DNA of 64,000 nt. Source: Leptolyngbyaceae cyanobacterium (GTDB lineage: Bacteria > Cyanobacteriota > Cyanobacteriia > Phormidesmidales > Phormidesmidaceae). The stretch is taken from the NCBI GenBank assembly GCA_965263355.1, contig CBDHHL010000032.1, positions 2,080,001 through 2,144,000 of the forward strand, given 5' to 3'. Positions 1 to 11,100 of the stretch are shown here, in pieces. Every line of letters begins with the position of its first letter. Position 1 is the first letter of the stretch. The notes under the pieces are model-generated. The model was not told the origin of the DNA. It saw only the letters and a list, made by a program, of their open reading frames with translations, and searched no databases. Position numbers and translations under genes: made by a program.

Positions 1-159
1 ATTTTTAGACACTTTCTGAGAGCAATACACCCCTTTGTACAGTTCTGCTAAAACCATGGTGGGAATGTAGCATTCGACTCCCTTTTCCTCAAACTGAGCA
101 ACAGCATTAGGATGCTCCTGAAGTAACGCAATACAAATATTAGTGTCCAGCAGATACAT
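1..159 (-). CDS. vapC: PIN-domain (VapC-like) toxin, N-terminal part; runs off the window start
   Basis: Manual translation from ATG at 159: MYLLDTNICIALLQEHPNAVAQFEEKGVECYIPTMVLAELYKG; the LLDTN and xAELxxG motifs are typical of PIN domains. Absent from the ORF track. Confidence 0.85.
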   Translation of the reverse strand, partial: MYLLDTNICIALLQEHPNAVAQFEEKGVECYIPTMVLAELYKGVYCSQKVSKN

Positions 160-179
160 ACAAATAGTAAGACCCCAGC

Positions 180-479
180 CTATTCATCAAAAGCAGCCAA
201 AGACCTACCTTGATAAGCATGGCGTTCTTTTGCTATCTCACTAAAAATATCCGTAATTTCTGAATCATCTTTCCACCCACCAAGAGCTGCCCGAATCTTA
301 GAAACTCGCTGATCTTGGCTCAAACCGCTCAACGGATGAGGAGCAATCGTGACATTAGCCCTCACCGCATCAACCAGAACGATAACCTCAACGGTACTAC
401 CCACAGGCAACTCAGTTGACCGTAACTCAACAATGCCCCCCGGCTGAACAATAGCCGTTTGGCGAATGCCATTGATCAT
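180..479 (-). CDS. Probable antitoxin partner of the PIN toxin
   Basis: 99 aa immediately upstream of vapC; N-terminal IVQPGGIVELRSTELPVGSTVEVIVL and C-terminal LGGWKDD resemble cyanobacterial antitoxins. Confidence 0.6.
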   Translation of the reverse strand: MINGIRQTAIVQPGGIVELRSTELPVGSTVEVIVLVDAVRANVTIAPHPLSGLSQDQRVSKIRAALGGWKDDSEITDIFSEIAKERHAYQGRSLAAFDE

Positions 480-544
480 AGTGATTCCTCCTGACTAAAG
501 ATATCAACCGAATCAAACTCTAACTACAATAATTTTAAGTACCA

Positions 545-799
545 CAAATCCCCCCTCGTAGGGTGGGTAAACACCCCACCAACCCCTTTACCATCTCGCC
601 AGACTATAACCTTACCCACCGTTCACCCAAATTCGAATATGACCAAATCCCTATGAGCCAAATCCCCCCTCGTAGGGTGGGTAAACACCCCACCAACCCC
701 TTTACCATCTCGCCAGACTATAACCTTACCCACCGTTCACCCAAATTCGAATATGACCAAATCCCTATGAGCCAAATCCCCCCTCGTAGGGTGGGTAAC
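545..799. repeat. 114-bp tandem repeat (2 identical copies plus the start of a third), each carrying a GTAG-GGTGGGTAA...TTACCCACC REP-like stem
   Basis: Units start at 545, 659 and 773 (caaatcccccctcgtagggtgggtaa); period 114 bp. Confidence 0.9.
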
Positions 800-888
800 T
801 CCCCCCAAACCATTGTTGGTATTGACCAAAACCCTCATTTACCCACCGTTTCCATAACGGTAAACCAGTTAAACCCTGCGATCGCACC
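785..888. repeat. 104-bp direct repeat, copy 1 (REP-like stem, ends near a HIP1 site)
   Basis: cgtagggtgggtaactccccccaaacc...aaaccctgcgatcgcacc matches 1808-1911 with one mismatch. Confidence 0.9.
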
Positions 889-906
889 ATTCCCATAAAG
901 TCCAGT

Positions 907-1335
907 TCAGAACCCTGGCGGATGCTCATCCGAGTCATACAGAATCCTACGAAGATTAACCAATCCAACCCGATTCAGCCGAAGCTTTTCAACCGTAGCC
1001 CGCCCAACAGAGGTTAAACCCAATACTGCACTACAATCCTCGTTCCAAGCAAAATGCTTAATCCAGGTCTGCTGACGCGGATGATAAAGCGTCACCATCT
1101 TTTGCGTAACAGGATCTCTTACCTCGACGTAGTTGTACTTGCGGTTATTGCAACCCTGACAAGCAAACGCCAAATTAGATAACTCACTGGAGCCCCCTTT
1201 AGAAATTGGGATGATATGTTCCACAGAAAAAGAATCTGGAGAATAACGCTCCTGAGCGCGACAATACTCACAACATCGCCGGGCTCGCTCAGCAACAGTT
1301 ATACGAGTAGTAGAAGAAATCTTTGGTCTAGCCAT
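907..1335 (-). CDS. HNH endonuclease
   Basis: CEYC...VEHIIPISKGG...NLAFACQGCNNRK HNH/zinc motif; LYHPRQQTWIKHFAW. Confidence 0.9.
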   Translation of the reverse strand: MARPKISSTTRITVAERARRCCEYCRAQERYSPDSFSVEHIIPISKGGSSELSNLAFACQGCNNRKYNYVEVRDPVTQKMVTLYHPRQQTWIKHFAWNEDCSAVLGLTSVGRATVEKLRLNRVGLVNLRRILYDSDEHPPGF

Positions 1336-1756
1336 AAACCAAAGGCTTTAGATCTAGCTCAACCATCAAACTATCAAGCGTGATTTGCCGTAGGTTTGCC
1401 AAGTCTGCAACTGCTTGCATACGAGCAACATTTGCTATTTCTAGCCGATCAGAAAAGGTAGTCAGCTCTTCTTGCTCATCCAAGGTCAACGTTTCAGCCT
1501 GACGCTTTACTATAAGTGCGTGATACTGCTCATAATCAATATCTGGCAAGCTCTGATTAATAACCTGCAACAGGTCAGCTTCCTCTTTAGAAAGTCGTGT
1601 ACCCGTAGACATTTGGGAAGTTTCAGGTCGCAGAGTCTGATGCAGTAACTGCAAAACATAGGTATCTGGAGCTAACCCTGCTTTTTTTGCTGCTTGCCTG
1701 AGCTGCTGCTCAAGTTCTGGCGTCATCTCAATAGTGAGCGTCATCAAGGACTCCAT
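1328..1756 (-). CDS. Conserved hypothetical partner of the HNH gene (putative antitoxin)
   Basis: Overlaps the HNH start by 8 bp; RHH-like N-terminus (LTIEMTPELEQQLRQAA); LLQVINQSLP...KRQAETLTLDEQEEL segment recalled from cyanobacterial HNH partners. Confidence 0.65.
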   Translation of the reverse strand: MESLMTLTIEMTPELEQQLRQAAKKAGLAPDTYVLQLLHQTLRPETSQMSTGTRLSKEEADLLQVINQSLPDIDYEQYHALIVKRQAETLTLDEQEELTTFSDRLEIANVARMQAVADLANLRQITLDSLMVELDLKPLVYG

Positions 1757-1807
1757 GAATAAATTGAAACATCGGTATTATTGTAGATATCCCACATTAC
1801 CAGAGCA

Positions 1808-1911
1808 CGTAGGGTGGGTAACTCCCCCCAAACCATTGTTGGTATTGACCAAAACCCTCATTTATCCACCGTTTCCATAACGGTAAACCAGTTAAACCCT
1901 GCGATCGCACC
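1808..1911. repeat. 104-bp direct repeat, copy 2
   Basis: Matches 785-888 except tttatccacc vs tttacccacc. Confidence 0.9.
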
Positions 1912-2985
1912 CCATCCCAAACCAACCAACCAAAAATCCCCAAATAAAAAATTTAATCGCCATCTACGTAAAAAAACGTACCCTCTCACAAACCATTAAA
2001 ACCCCTTCAAATCCTTCATAAACCAATTACAAAACTGTCCAAATATAAGGATAAAGCTTACAAAAATTTGTCTAAAATAAAACCAACGGCACACCGAGCA
2101 ACTTGGCTAAGACAAATTGCTTGAGGGAGTCGCTGCTCCCTGAGATGAACCGAATTTAAAGAAACCGATACGCACAGAAGCACCCAGACTACCTCAGTGT
2201 AATCACCTGTGTTTTTATCAATGCGTAGGTCTCTAATCAGCCTATTGCTAATCAGCAGGATGGATCAATCTAAATCTCGCGGCAGTTGCCAAGACATTTA
2301 GACTAAGCACTCCAGAGATTAGCAAAACGGCACAACAACAATCCGAATCATCTCTCGAACCAGCAGGTCCGGCAGGTCTTATCGCCCTGACATAACCTCC
2401 CTCAGACAATTTAGGCATTTTCTCGACAAGGCTATATCGGTTGAAAGCCCTCCCTTTTTGTGGAACTATCCACACTATCCCCAATCGGCATACTGGGGTT
2501 TCCCAATGCTGGAGGAAAAGGAGTAAACTCCCATGCTTGGAGGTTTGGGCTTCAACAGACGTGGTGCTGCCTGCCTACCATTCACCCACACAAGTCCATG
2601 TCCCCTACCCTACTTTTTGCACTCCCCGTTCTATTCCGCTGTTCCGCCTTCTACTACTGCTTACTCAAAGGCATGGCTCCCACCCTGCCCACCCTATGGC
2701 CTCTTAGGGTGAAGCCACATAGTGTGGTTGTTGGATAGCAAACATATATATGAATACCCTGTTCTACACCAGCCACTATAAAAACAATTGCCCTCCTCGC
2801 CCAAAAGCCAGGAGGGCTAACTTTTAGCCCTTAGGCAGAGACATCAATTGAACCATCCTGTAGGGGCACTCCCTTATGGATGCCCTGCGATACCGAGCTA
2901 TATCAGTCAAGATTTTGTAGTCGTTTGCGAGCAGTTGTTCATCCGTAGGATGTTTCGGAACCCATAGAGCTGGGTGTCTTCTATC

Positions 2986-3778
2986 ATGCCTCTACTACAA
3001 AACTACAAACGTAAGCAAGTCCAACGGGTTGATCTACCTAAACTGGTTGATCTCCTGGCCGCCTGTGAGGCTGTTGATCATCTAGAAACCAATCGTTCCC
3101 TGGCAGAACTGCAGCGCGGGTTTGACAATCGCCCCCCCAATACCATCAGACATTATTACCTTTGGGAAACCCCCGATGGTCAGACCATTGCCTATGCCAT
3201 CTATGGTATTCGCGAGGTACCCACAGACCCAGATGCCTACCCTAGCGTTAAGGTTCATCCCGACTATCGCGAAGGTAACCTCGAAGCCGAAATTCTCAGC
3301 TGGTGTGAGCAAGAGATTCATAAACTGCGCCCCGATGCTACCCTGTGGGTCAGTGCCCGTCTGGAATTTTCACCCCACCACCCTCGAAAATCGTCGTCAC
3401 CAGGTCCTACGTCCTACGTACCAGGCAGACCTAGACTGGATTGCCATTGCCCCTGACGGCACCTTTGCCGCCTTTTGTGATGCCCACATTTTCCACGAAC
3501 GCAATACCCGCACCGGTCGCAAAGAAGGTTGGATCACCGGCTTAGGCACCCGTCGTGGGTTTCGTCGCCAGGGCCTAGGGCGGGCCATGTTGTTGTTAGG
3601 CCTGCAACAACTCCAACAAGCAGGCATGGAAACCGCCCTACTCGGCGTTGATGCCGAAAATTCTAATCAAGCCCAAACTCTCTATAAATCCGTAGGTTTT
3701 GCCCAAACTCTCTATAAATCCGTAGGTTTTGAAACAGTAGAAACCTCAGTTTCTTATACCAAAAGGGTGTCAACGTAA
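2986..3778 (+). pseudogene. Tandem-GNAT acetyltransferase with probable internal deletion and frameshift
   Basis: The N-terminal GNAT frame (VHPDYREGNLEAEILSW) switches near 3360 to a frame carrying WNFHP...GWITGLGTRRGFRRQGLGRAML; a 30-bp tandem duplication also lies near the 3' end. Confidence 0.75.
3671..3730. repeat. Perfect 30-bp tandem duplication (AQTLYKSVGF x2)
   Basis: gcccaaactctctataaatccgtaggtttt at 3671 and 3701. Confidence 0.95.
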
Positions 3779-3906
3779 GCCAGAAAATCTTGGCTAGTTC
3801 GATTTATAAAGATTTTAACCCATTCCTCCATCGATTCTTAATAATTAACGTTCGCTGGCCAGGAACTCCTCTGGTTAGATAGAGGAGTCCTTTCCGTTGG
3901 CCCACC

Positions 3907-4206
3907 ATGACTCCCAACCAAGCAGCCGTTACTCATGCCATCGCCGTTCTCCTATCCACCACCCCAGAAACTCGCCTGGGCCAGTTGCTCAAAGTATGTC
4001 TGGCCGCCAAAGTAGATGGCGACGTCGATGCCAAAGCCCAGGAGCTTTTCCAAGATACTGACAACCTGGCCCACTGGGTCCAAGCAGTCATCGGTGATGA
4101 TGGCCAATACACCCCTGACGAATGGCAAGCCCTGGGGGAAATGGATCTCCTAGAGAATGTTGAAAAATTTGTTGAGGGACTACTGGCCGAAGTCGAAGCA
4201 CTGTAG
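3907..4206 (+). CDS. Hypothetical protein
   Basis: 99-aa ATG ORF, acidic and helical, with host-like codon usage. Confidence 0.7.
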   Translation: MTPNQAAVTHAIAVLLSTTPETRLGQLLKVCLAAKVDGDVDAKAQELFQDTDNLAHWVQAVIGDDGQYTPDEWQALGEMDLLENVEKFVEGLLAEVEAL

Positions 4207-4275
4207 CCTTAAAGGCATTGGCTTAAGTTGTCATAGTCATAAGGCTAAGCCAACGTTGTGATCCAGGGTGTGTTT

Positions 4276-4686
4276 ATGTCTCTTTTTTCATTTTCGGGTA
4301 AGCGTCCTGACAATCTAGGCGTTAACCAAGGCAAGCTGTTGGCCTGTCCGGGTACGCCCAACTGTGTCAGCAGTCAGGCCGATGCCAGTGACAAGCAGCA
4401 TTTTATTGAGGCGATTACTACGGATAAAGCCCCTAAGGATGCGATCGCATCCCTTAAAGCCATCATTGAAGCCATGGAACGCTCCACCATCAATGAAGTG
4501 ACCGACAACTACCTCTATGCCGAATTTGCCAGTAAGCTGATGGGATTTGTCGATGACATCGAATTCTATGCTGAGCCATCTGGCGTTATCCATGTCCGTT
4601 CAGCTGCTCGTTTGGGTAAATCAGACCTGGGCGTCAATCGTAAACGAGTCGATGCCATTCGAGAAAAATTTCAAGCAAACGGTTAA
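4276..4686 (+). CDS. DUF1499 family protein
   Basis: CPGTPNCVSSQ, GFVDDIEF and IHVRSAARLGKSDLGVNRKRV motifs. Confidence 0.9.
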   Translation: MSLFSFSGKRPDNLGVNQGKLLACPGTPNCVSSQADASDKQHFIEAITTDKAPKDAIASLKAIIEAMERSTINEVTDNYLYAEFASKLMGFVDDIEFYAEPSGVIHVRSAARLGKSDLGVNRKRVDAIREKFQANG

Positions 4687-4963
4687 ACCACCATAAAGGA
4701 CAGTCACCTATATGCAAATGTCTGTATCTGTCTGAATACAGATATTTTGTCTTAAAACAAGATTATATTTTCTCAAAAATAGACTCACTGTAACCTTTAT
4801 AGTCTCAACTTGAGATTAAGATTGTCTGCTTCTATGCACGCAGATTGCAATCGGCTAGAAAGCGCCCTAAGGAGTGTCTCAACAAAAGATAAAATAGCTT
4901 CACTTTGAGACTCAATAAAAGACAAAATTGTCTTGCCTTAAGACTTTACTTTTACTACGAACT

Positions 4964-5776
4964 ATGCCAAATCAGTGGGATAACCTTTTCAAAAATGAAG
5001 GCATCTGGAAAGGGCACTTTACCAGGCTAACGCCTGACGGGACTGAGGTTAGCGATGTGCCTTCTCGCTTAACCCTGGAGCGCACCAGTGCTGCAAGTGC
5101 CCGATTTCAAGTGACCCGCTATCCCACAGGGCAACCGCCACAAGAAACTAAAACAGAATTTGCCAGCATCAATCGCAGCAGTCTGTTTTGTGAGGATGGT
5201 TCGTTTACCAAAGGGTCCATGCAGTGGAGCCCCATTTCTAAGTTTGGGACAGAATTTGGTTTGACGTTGCCAAATGTCCGGCTCAGGCTAGTTCAGCTGT
5301 TTGAACCGGGCGGGCAGCTTGCCGAACTGGTTTTGATTCGAGAAACCCGTGAAGGTCACACAGGTGCTGTTCGTCCTCAACTTTCTGTAGACCAAATTTT
5401 GGGCACATGGCGGGGGCAAGCGATTACCTACCGTCCAGATTGGTCAGTGTCAAAACCTATTGCCACTGAGTTAACGGTCTCCCAGTCATCCGTTAATACA
5501 ATTCTGCAAACATGGCGTGCAGATGGGGTTAGCGGTCAGTCTCAAGCCAGACTAGAAGGCAACCGTTTGCTGTTTGAGCAAACAGGGTATCAGCTGTTGT
5601 GTTTACCCAATGGTGGTTCATCACTTTGCCCACAAACGATTCAACGCCAAACAGCATTTCGATGTGAAATTGGTTGGTTAATTGAGCCAACCATACGACT
5701 AAGACTGACCCGTGAGTATCAGGCCGATGGTAGCTGGGTGCAGCAAACCTGGATTAAGGAAGAGAAGATGGCCTAG
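4964..5776 (+). CDS. DUF3598 family protein
   Basis: QWDNLFKNEGIWKGHFTRL N-terminus; two beta-barrel halves (LVLIRETR; LGTWRGQA). Confidence 0.8.
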   Translation: MPNQWDNLFKNEGIWKGHFTRLTPDGTEVSDVPSRLTLERTSAASARFQVTRYPTGQPPQETKTEFASINRSSLFCEDGSFTKGSMQWSPISKFGTEFGLTLPNVRLRLVQLFEPGGQLAELVLIRETREGHTGAVRPQLSVDQILGTWRGQAITYRPDWSVSKPIATELTVSQSSVNTILQTWRADGVSGQSQARLEGNRLLFEQTGYQLLCLPNGGSSLCPQTIQRQTAFRCEIGWLIEPTIRLRLTREYQADGSWVQQTWIKEEKMA

Positions 5777-5780
5777 ACGA

Positions 5781-6110
5781 TTAATAATATCGCTGTTCAA
5801 GCCATGTTCGTGCCTCAGTTTCAGATAGCCCGTCCACCTGTTGTTGTGTGACCGGATCATAGATACTATAGAACGTTTGACCTTTACTGTTGCATCGTTT
5901 CTCAACAACAGGTTCAGAAGACCCCGTCGCCAACGTCAAAACAGAATCCCAGAAAGACTTTGACGACAGGCCCTTAGTAACACGCTGCCAACAGTTTTCA
6001 ACCCAAGACGTTTTATCTTCAGGGCAACAACCATCCAGAATAATGACCTGGGGTTCAGATACCCGACGCCGAAATTTCATTGGCCCTACCTCTATATAAA
6101 CCTGGTCCAC
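5781..6110 (-). CDS. Conserved cyanobacterial hypothetical protein divergent from the MocR regulator (start uncertain)
   Basis: C-terminal EPVVEKR...YDPVTQ...SETEARTWLEQRYY resembles a recurrent small cyanobacterial family. Confidence 0.65.
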   Translation of the reverse strand: MDQVYIEVGPMKFRRRVSEPQVIILDGCCPEDKTSWVENCWQRVTKGLSSKSFWDSVLTLATGSSEPVVEKRCNSKGQTFYSIYDPVTQQQVDGLSETEARTWLEQRYY

Positions 6111-6227
6111 GTCCAGAACCGTAGTTATGCCGTATGGGAAACTCCAAGTTTGGACGTGGTTTACATGGCTCTATCTTTGCTAAAAAAATATGACCAGAAC
6201 AGAGGCAATTCAGGTAAATTGATATGG

Positions 6228-6280
6228 GTACAGTTAAGCAGTCTAAAACTGTACTGGTTTGTTTTTGCTCAATTGTACAG
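6228..6280. promoter_or_regulatory. Candidate MocR-family operator
   Basis: Inverted repeat GTACAGTT-N11-AACTGTAC (6228-6254) plus TGTACAG (6274-6280) between the divergent genes. Confidence 0.5.
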
Positions 6281-6310
6281 GTACCCTTTCTGGATGAGGC
6301 TGGATCAACC

Positions 6311-7804
6311 ATGGCTAACCCAATAGCTGCTCAGCTTTCCCCGCTGGCAATCACCACAGACCAAAATCTATATGAGCAGGTGGCAGATCGCATCCAGGCA
6401 TTGATCCGAGAGGGCACCCTGGCACCAGGGGATCGCCTCCCGTCTGTGCGCAAACTGAAGCAACAGCTATCGGTCAGCATGTCCACCGTGCTAGAAGCCT
6501 ATCGCTTGTTAGAAGATCGAGGGTTTATTGTGGCCCGTCCCCAGTCAGGGTATTACGTTAAAACGACGGCCTTAACGGCCCTACCAGATGAGCCCTCCCA
6601 GTCCAAACCTCCATCCCAGGTGCGCCCCGTTGATATTTCCCTCATGCTGCGGCTATTGCGGATGGATCTTTCCCCTGAGACGATTCACCTAGGGGCGGCA
6701 GTACCGGGGGTAGAACATTTTCCACTCAACACCCTAAATCGATTGATGGGGCAAGTTATGCGGGCTGATCCGATGGCCGTTCATTCCTACAGTACGGTAC
6801 CCGGCTGTGAACCCTTGAGGCGAGAAGTGGCTAAACGCATGCTCAATGCAGGCTGTTCCATTGCGCCAGACCAGATTGTTGCCACGGCTGGCACTACCGA
6901 GGCCTATTATCTGGCCCTACGCACCGTGACTCAGCCAGGGGCTACCGTTGTGATTGAGTCACCGGCCTACTATGCCGTCCTAGAAGCGATGAATTCTCTG
7001 GGGTTAAATGCCCTGGAGCTGCCCACGCACCCCCAGGATGGTATCTCGTTGAGTGCCTTGGAAGGGGCGTTAGACAATCAATCTGTAGCGGCGTGCATTT
7101 TGGTGTCAAATTTTAGTAATCCCCTTGGTAGTTGCATGGGCGATCGCAAAAAAAAGGCCCTCGTTGAACTGCTCAATCAGCACGACGTTCCCCTAATTGA
7201 AGACGATATCTACGGCGAGCTAAACTTTGACGGCAATCGCCCCAAGGCGATCAAAGCGTTTGATACCGAAGGACGAGTGATTTACTGTTCATCGGTGAGT
7301 AAAACCCTTTCGCCTGGGTTACGGGTGGGTTGGTGTATTCCGGGACGATATCAACAACAGGTGGAACATATGAAAGTTGTTGTCAGCCATATGACGGCCA
7401 CAGCGCCCCAACTGGCGGTGGCAGCATTCTTTGCCAATGGTGGTTACGACCGTCATCTGCGCACATTACGTCGGGCCTATCAACAACAGATGAGCCGGAT
7501 GCACCAGGCAATTTTGGATTATTTCCCGGCTGAGACACGGGTCACTCGTCCGAAGGGAGGCCATGTGCTTTGGGTGGAAATTACAGGTGGATTTGATGCC
7601 CTAGAACTGTTTGAAGAGGCTGTGCATCACCACATTAGTATTGCCCCTGGCCCCATGTTTTCAGCCTCCAATGGATACCAGAATTGTTTTCGTTTAAATA
7701 CGGGATTACCCTGGTCAGAAGAGATCGAACAAGCTATGAAAACGTTAGGGTATTTAGCAAAAAAGCAATTGGCCCATAAGATATTGGCAAATGTGCATGA
7801 TTAA
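6311..7804 (+). CDS. GntR/MocR-family PLP-dependent transcriptional regulator
   Basis: GntR HTH (LYEQVADRI...GDRLPSVR) fused to an aminotransferase-like domain (IEDDIYGEL, SVSKTLSPGLRVGW). Confidence 0.95.
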   Translation: MANPIAAQLSPLAITTDQNLYEQVADRIQALIREGTLAPGDRLPSVRKLKQQLSVSMSTVLEAYRLLEDRGFIVARPQSGYYVKTTALTALPDEPSQSKPPSQVRPVDISLMLRLLRMDLSPETIHLGAAVPGVEHFPLNTLNRLMGQVMRADPMAVHSYSTVPGCEPLRREVAKRMLNAGCSIAPDQIVATAGTTEAYYLALRTVTQPGATVVIESPAYYAVLEAMNSLGLNALELPTHPQDGISLSALEGALDNQSVAACILVSNFSNPLGSCMGDRKKKALVELLNQHDVPLIEDDIYGELNFDGNRPKAIKAFDTEGRVIYCSSVSKTLSPGLRVGWCIPGRYQQQVEHMKVVVSHMTATAPQLAVAAFFANGGYDRHLRTLRRAYQQQMSRMHQAILDYFPAETRVTRPKGGHVLWVEITGGFDALELFEEAVHHHISIAPGPMFSASNGYQNCFRLNTGLPWSEEIEQAMKTLGYLAKKQLAHKILANVHD

Positions 7805-8191
7805 CGCACCGATGACACGCTTAAAAATGCCCCCAAACCCCAAATGCTGCGGGCTTCAGAGATAGAACTTAGCGGGAAATACTCAGAGGGGGTCTCGGTT
7901 CTGATAGCCACTTAAGTACCTGTACAGTTAGCTTATGGAGCAGAAACAAAATTTAAGCGTAATCACGTAAGCAAGTTGTCATAGATCTAGTTATTTTTTC
8001 TGAACCAAACGTCCGGACAAACAGATTATCTTATCTAAAGAACCAATAAATAACGTCAGGTTAATGCATCTACTTTTTCTTCTAACTGTAGCTATAGTTA
8101 ATGAAATTGACCTATGTGAACAATAGGGAACATAAGTTTTTGCCATTCCCCACAGTTTGTTCTAATTTCTTAGTTCAAAAATAAAAACTCT

Positions 8192-11100
8192 CTACCAGGG
8201 GCTACCCACCAACGTATAAGTAGCCCAGTAAAAAGGATGTTCAAAATTCCACCACCCGTGGTATTCCAGCTCTGGGAAGTGGGCTAATGACCTCTCATCA
8301 TAGCCATATAGGATGCCATTAGCAAAGGTCAGTTCGCCCCGCAGCATAGCTAATTGAGCCTGCTGTAACGCATTAGCTCGAACAGGCTGTCGCTGCAAGT
8401 TCTCGTAAAAGTAGGTCATCAACCCCAGGGTTCCTTCGTCACTAATGGGCCAAAGGCTGGCAATAGACGTTTGTACCCCAGCATTGACCGCCAGTCCAGC
8501 AAAGCCATATTCCGCTTCGCGATCGCCTAGGGCCGTATTACAGGCACTTAATACCATTAGGGCAATATTGGCATCTTGTAGCCCCAGACTGTGCACCTGA
8601 TCGAGCTGGAGGGGCTGATCCCACAGTTGAATATACGAATTCCGGGGTGCCCCCGGCTCAAATACCCCATGGCTGGCTAAGTGTACAACCCCGAATTTAT
8701 TGCGGGCAATTTGGTTCTGTAAATTGGTTAAAGTAAAATTTTCATTCAAAAACACTTCACTTTCATTAAACACTTTGGTGACGATTTCCAGTTCTTCTGG
8801 GACAGCTGGCAAGAGACTTTGGGAAGGGAATTGAGACGCTCCCATGGCCAGCATTTGCGTGTTTTCTAGTTCAGAGTACAGAAAATTTTCAGCATTAAAG
8901 TCAGTCAAACTAAAGCTGGGAATCACCCCCAGACTGTAGCGCTCCACTAAATACTCGTCACCATTGTGGAGCGCCGCCATTGGTAATGTACGCAACCCCG
9001 TATCCATGGCCAGGGCTAAACTTTGAATTCCTTGCTGTTGTAACTCATTTTCAATCGGGGTAATAAACCAATCATAGAGCTGCTGGGCAGGGGGTAAATA
9101 TTGCGATGACGACGATATGGAGTTGGTCACCTGGGCGTAAAATGTTTCAGTCACAGCCATCACCTGGCTACGGGTAACGCCATTCACTTTTTTGCGAATA
9201 GCTTGACCTGAATGGGTTAACAGCAACAGACCCAGTTCATCATTGGCCTGTAGGTCATTGCCATGAAACTCAGTAGAGTCTTTTGGGTCAGATGGCAAAA
9301 AATAGACATATAAAACACCCGGCTTTATCCCCGTCAAGACTTCAACATCCCCCAGGGTCTCTTGGGCTGCGGTTAAACTTGGCGACGCTACACTCACCCG
9401 ATCATATAAATTTAGGTGAGACTTAAACTGATCTGAAAATGAGTTTTCAAGATGCTCAAATAATGCACTGTTAGACCGCCTAACATCCGTAGCACTGACC
9501 GAGTCATCTAACGGATTCGTGCGATTTCTCAATAGAGGAGAGTTTGGGATAAAAGGATCAGTTGCTGTGGGTGTAATAATTGTGGGACGGGATGGGATAG
9601 TCACTGGGGGCTCTACCACAGACTGAGGAAGCGCTTGGGTCAAAATAGCTATATTACCTAAGGTGTAGCTATTTAGGAAAGAGTTGCCAGGGTCAATTTT
9701 AAAGTCTCCGCTTGTAAGCGCAGCATGGTTACCTAAAAGACTCCCATCACCGACATTAAAGGCAGTAGCCCCATTGCCTGCGTGGCGAATAGTGATCGCC
9801 CCCGTGCCGTTGACTGCAGCGGTCGAGATACTGGCAGTGGTACCATCAAGGGCAGTAAAGCTGTCTGTTGCCCGGAAAAATTCATGGGTGGTAATATCTA
9901 CGTTCCCTCCCGCCATGTTACCTTCTGCTCGAATTGAGGCAACTTCAATAGCTTCAACCGAGCTGAGGGTAACATTCCCGCCAATGCCATTTAACCCCGT
10001 GGTATCAATCTGTTGAATAGTAATCGTATTATCCGCGTTGACGAGAACATCTCCCCCATCGAGGTTATTAGACGTAACAATGGTTTGAGTATTCACAACG
10101 TCTCCACCGATAAGGGTGACACCATTGACTGCTGTGAGATTAGCCGCAGTGATATCCTGGGCAGCGATTACTGTTAACTCAGGCGCAGATAGATCAAATC
10201 CCTGGGTATCTATGGAGCCATTGTCATGGGGGGATTGGATAGTTGCGGAGGCTGGTAATGTTACATCTGCCCCGAGGGTAATCGTGCCGGTGCCTTCTGG
10301 ATGACCGATGGTGATAGCGGTAAAACCGTTTTTTATAGCTGAGAGTTCTACGGTTGATATTGCTAGGTCAGGGGTTAAACCTGTCCCCCCCAGGTGAATA
10401 TCTCTGGCAGGTGAGGCGGGTTGAAGACTAAGTTCATCAGCTCCTTTGATTGCTGTGCCAACATTAATGGTATCTCCGCTGAGGGTTAGTGCCCCATCAC
10501 CACCATCCAGTACACCGGTAAATTGAGCCCCCTCAGCGAGAAAATTTATTTGGTCTGCTTGATTACCTGCTGTCAGATTTTGGATATTGGCAAAGCTTGC
10601 TACGCCAGGGCCATTGCCGGTGTTGACAGCCGTTAGGTTCCAAACGCTAGCTGTATTGTTGCCGACCAGGGTGTTGTCACCAGCGCCGCCGTCTAAGCTA
10701 CCCGTGAGGATGCCGGTGATGGCAATCTGATCATCGCCATCACCGGCATCGATATTTTCAATATTTGAGAAGGTGACAGTGCCCAGGGTACCGGTATTAT
10801 CAGCGGTGATTGCGATCGCATCGTCATCGTTGGTTCCTCGCAGTGTATCCTCACCACTGCTGCCTTGAAAGTTTTCTATATTGGTAAAGGCAGTTACATT
10901 ATCAACAGTTTGGGTGGCAAGATCAATGGTGACCCCGTTGGTAGTGGCACTATAGTCCAGGGTATTGTTACCGTCCCCCCCATCAATAGAACCAGATAGG
11001 GCAGCCACTCCATTGGCAAAGATAACAGTGTCGTCACCGCCAGCACCGCGAATATTGTGAATACCGTCAAAGTCAATACCCTTAAAGGTTCCACTATTTT

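Noticed and set aside
545..900. CRISPR array or 111-aa repeat protein (563-898)
   Set aside because: Units are identical 114-mers with no unique spacers and no cas genes nearby; the ORF is a by-product of the repeat length being a multiple of 3.
1814..1999. 61-aa ORF
   Set aside because: Translation of the REP-like repeat and AT-rich flank.
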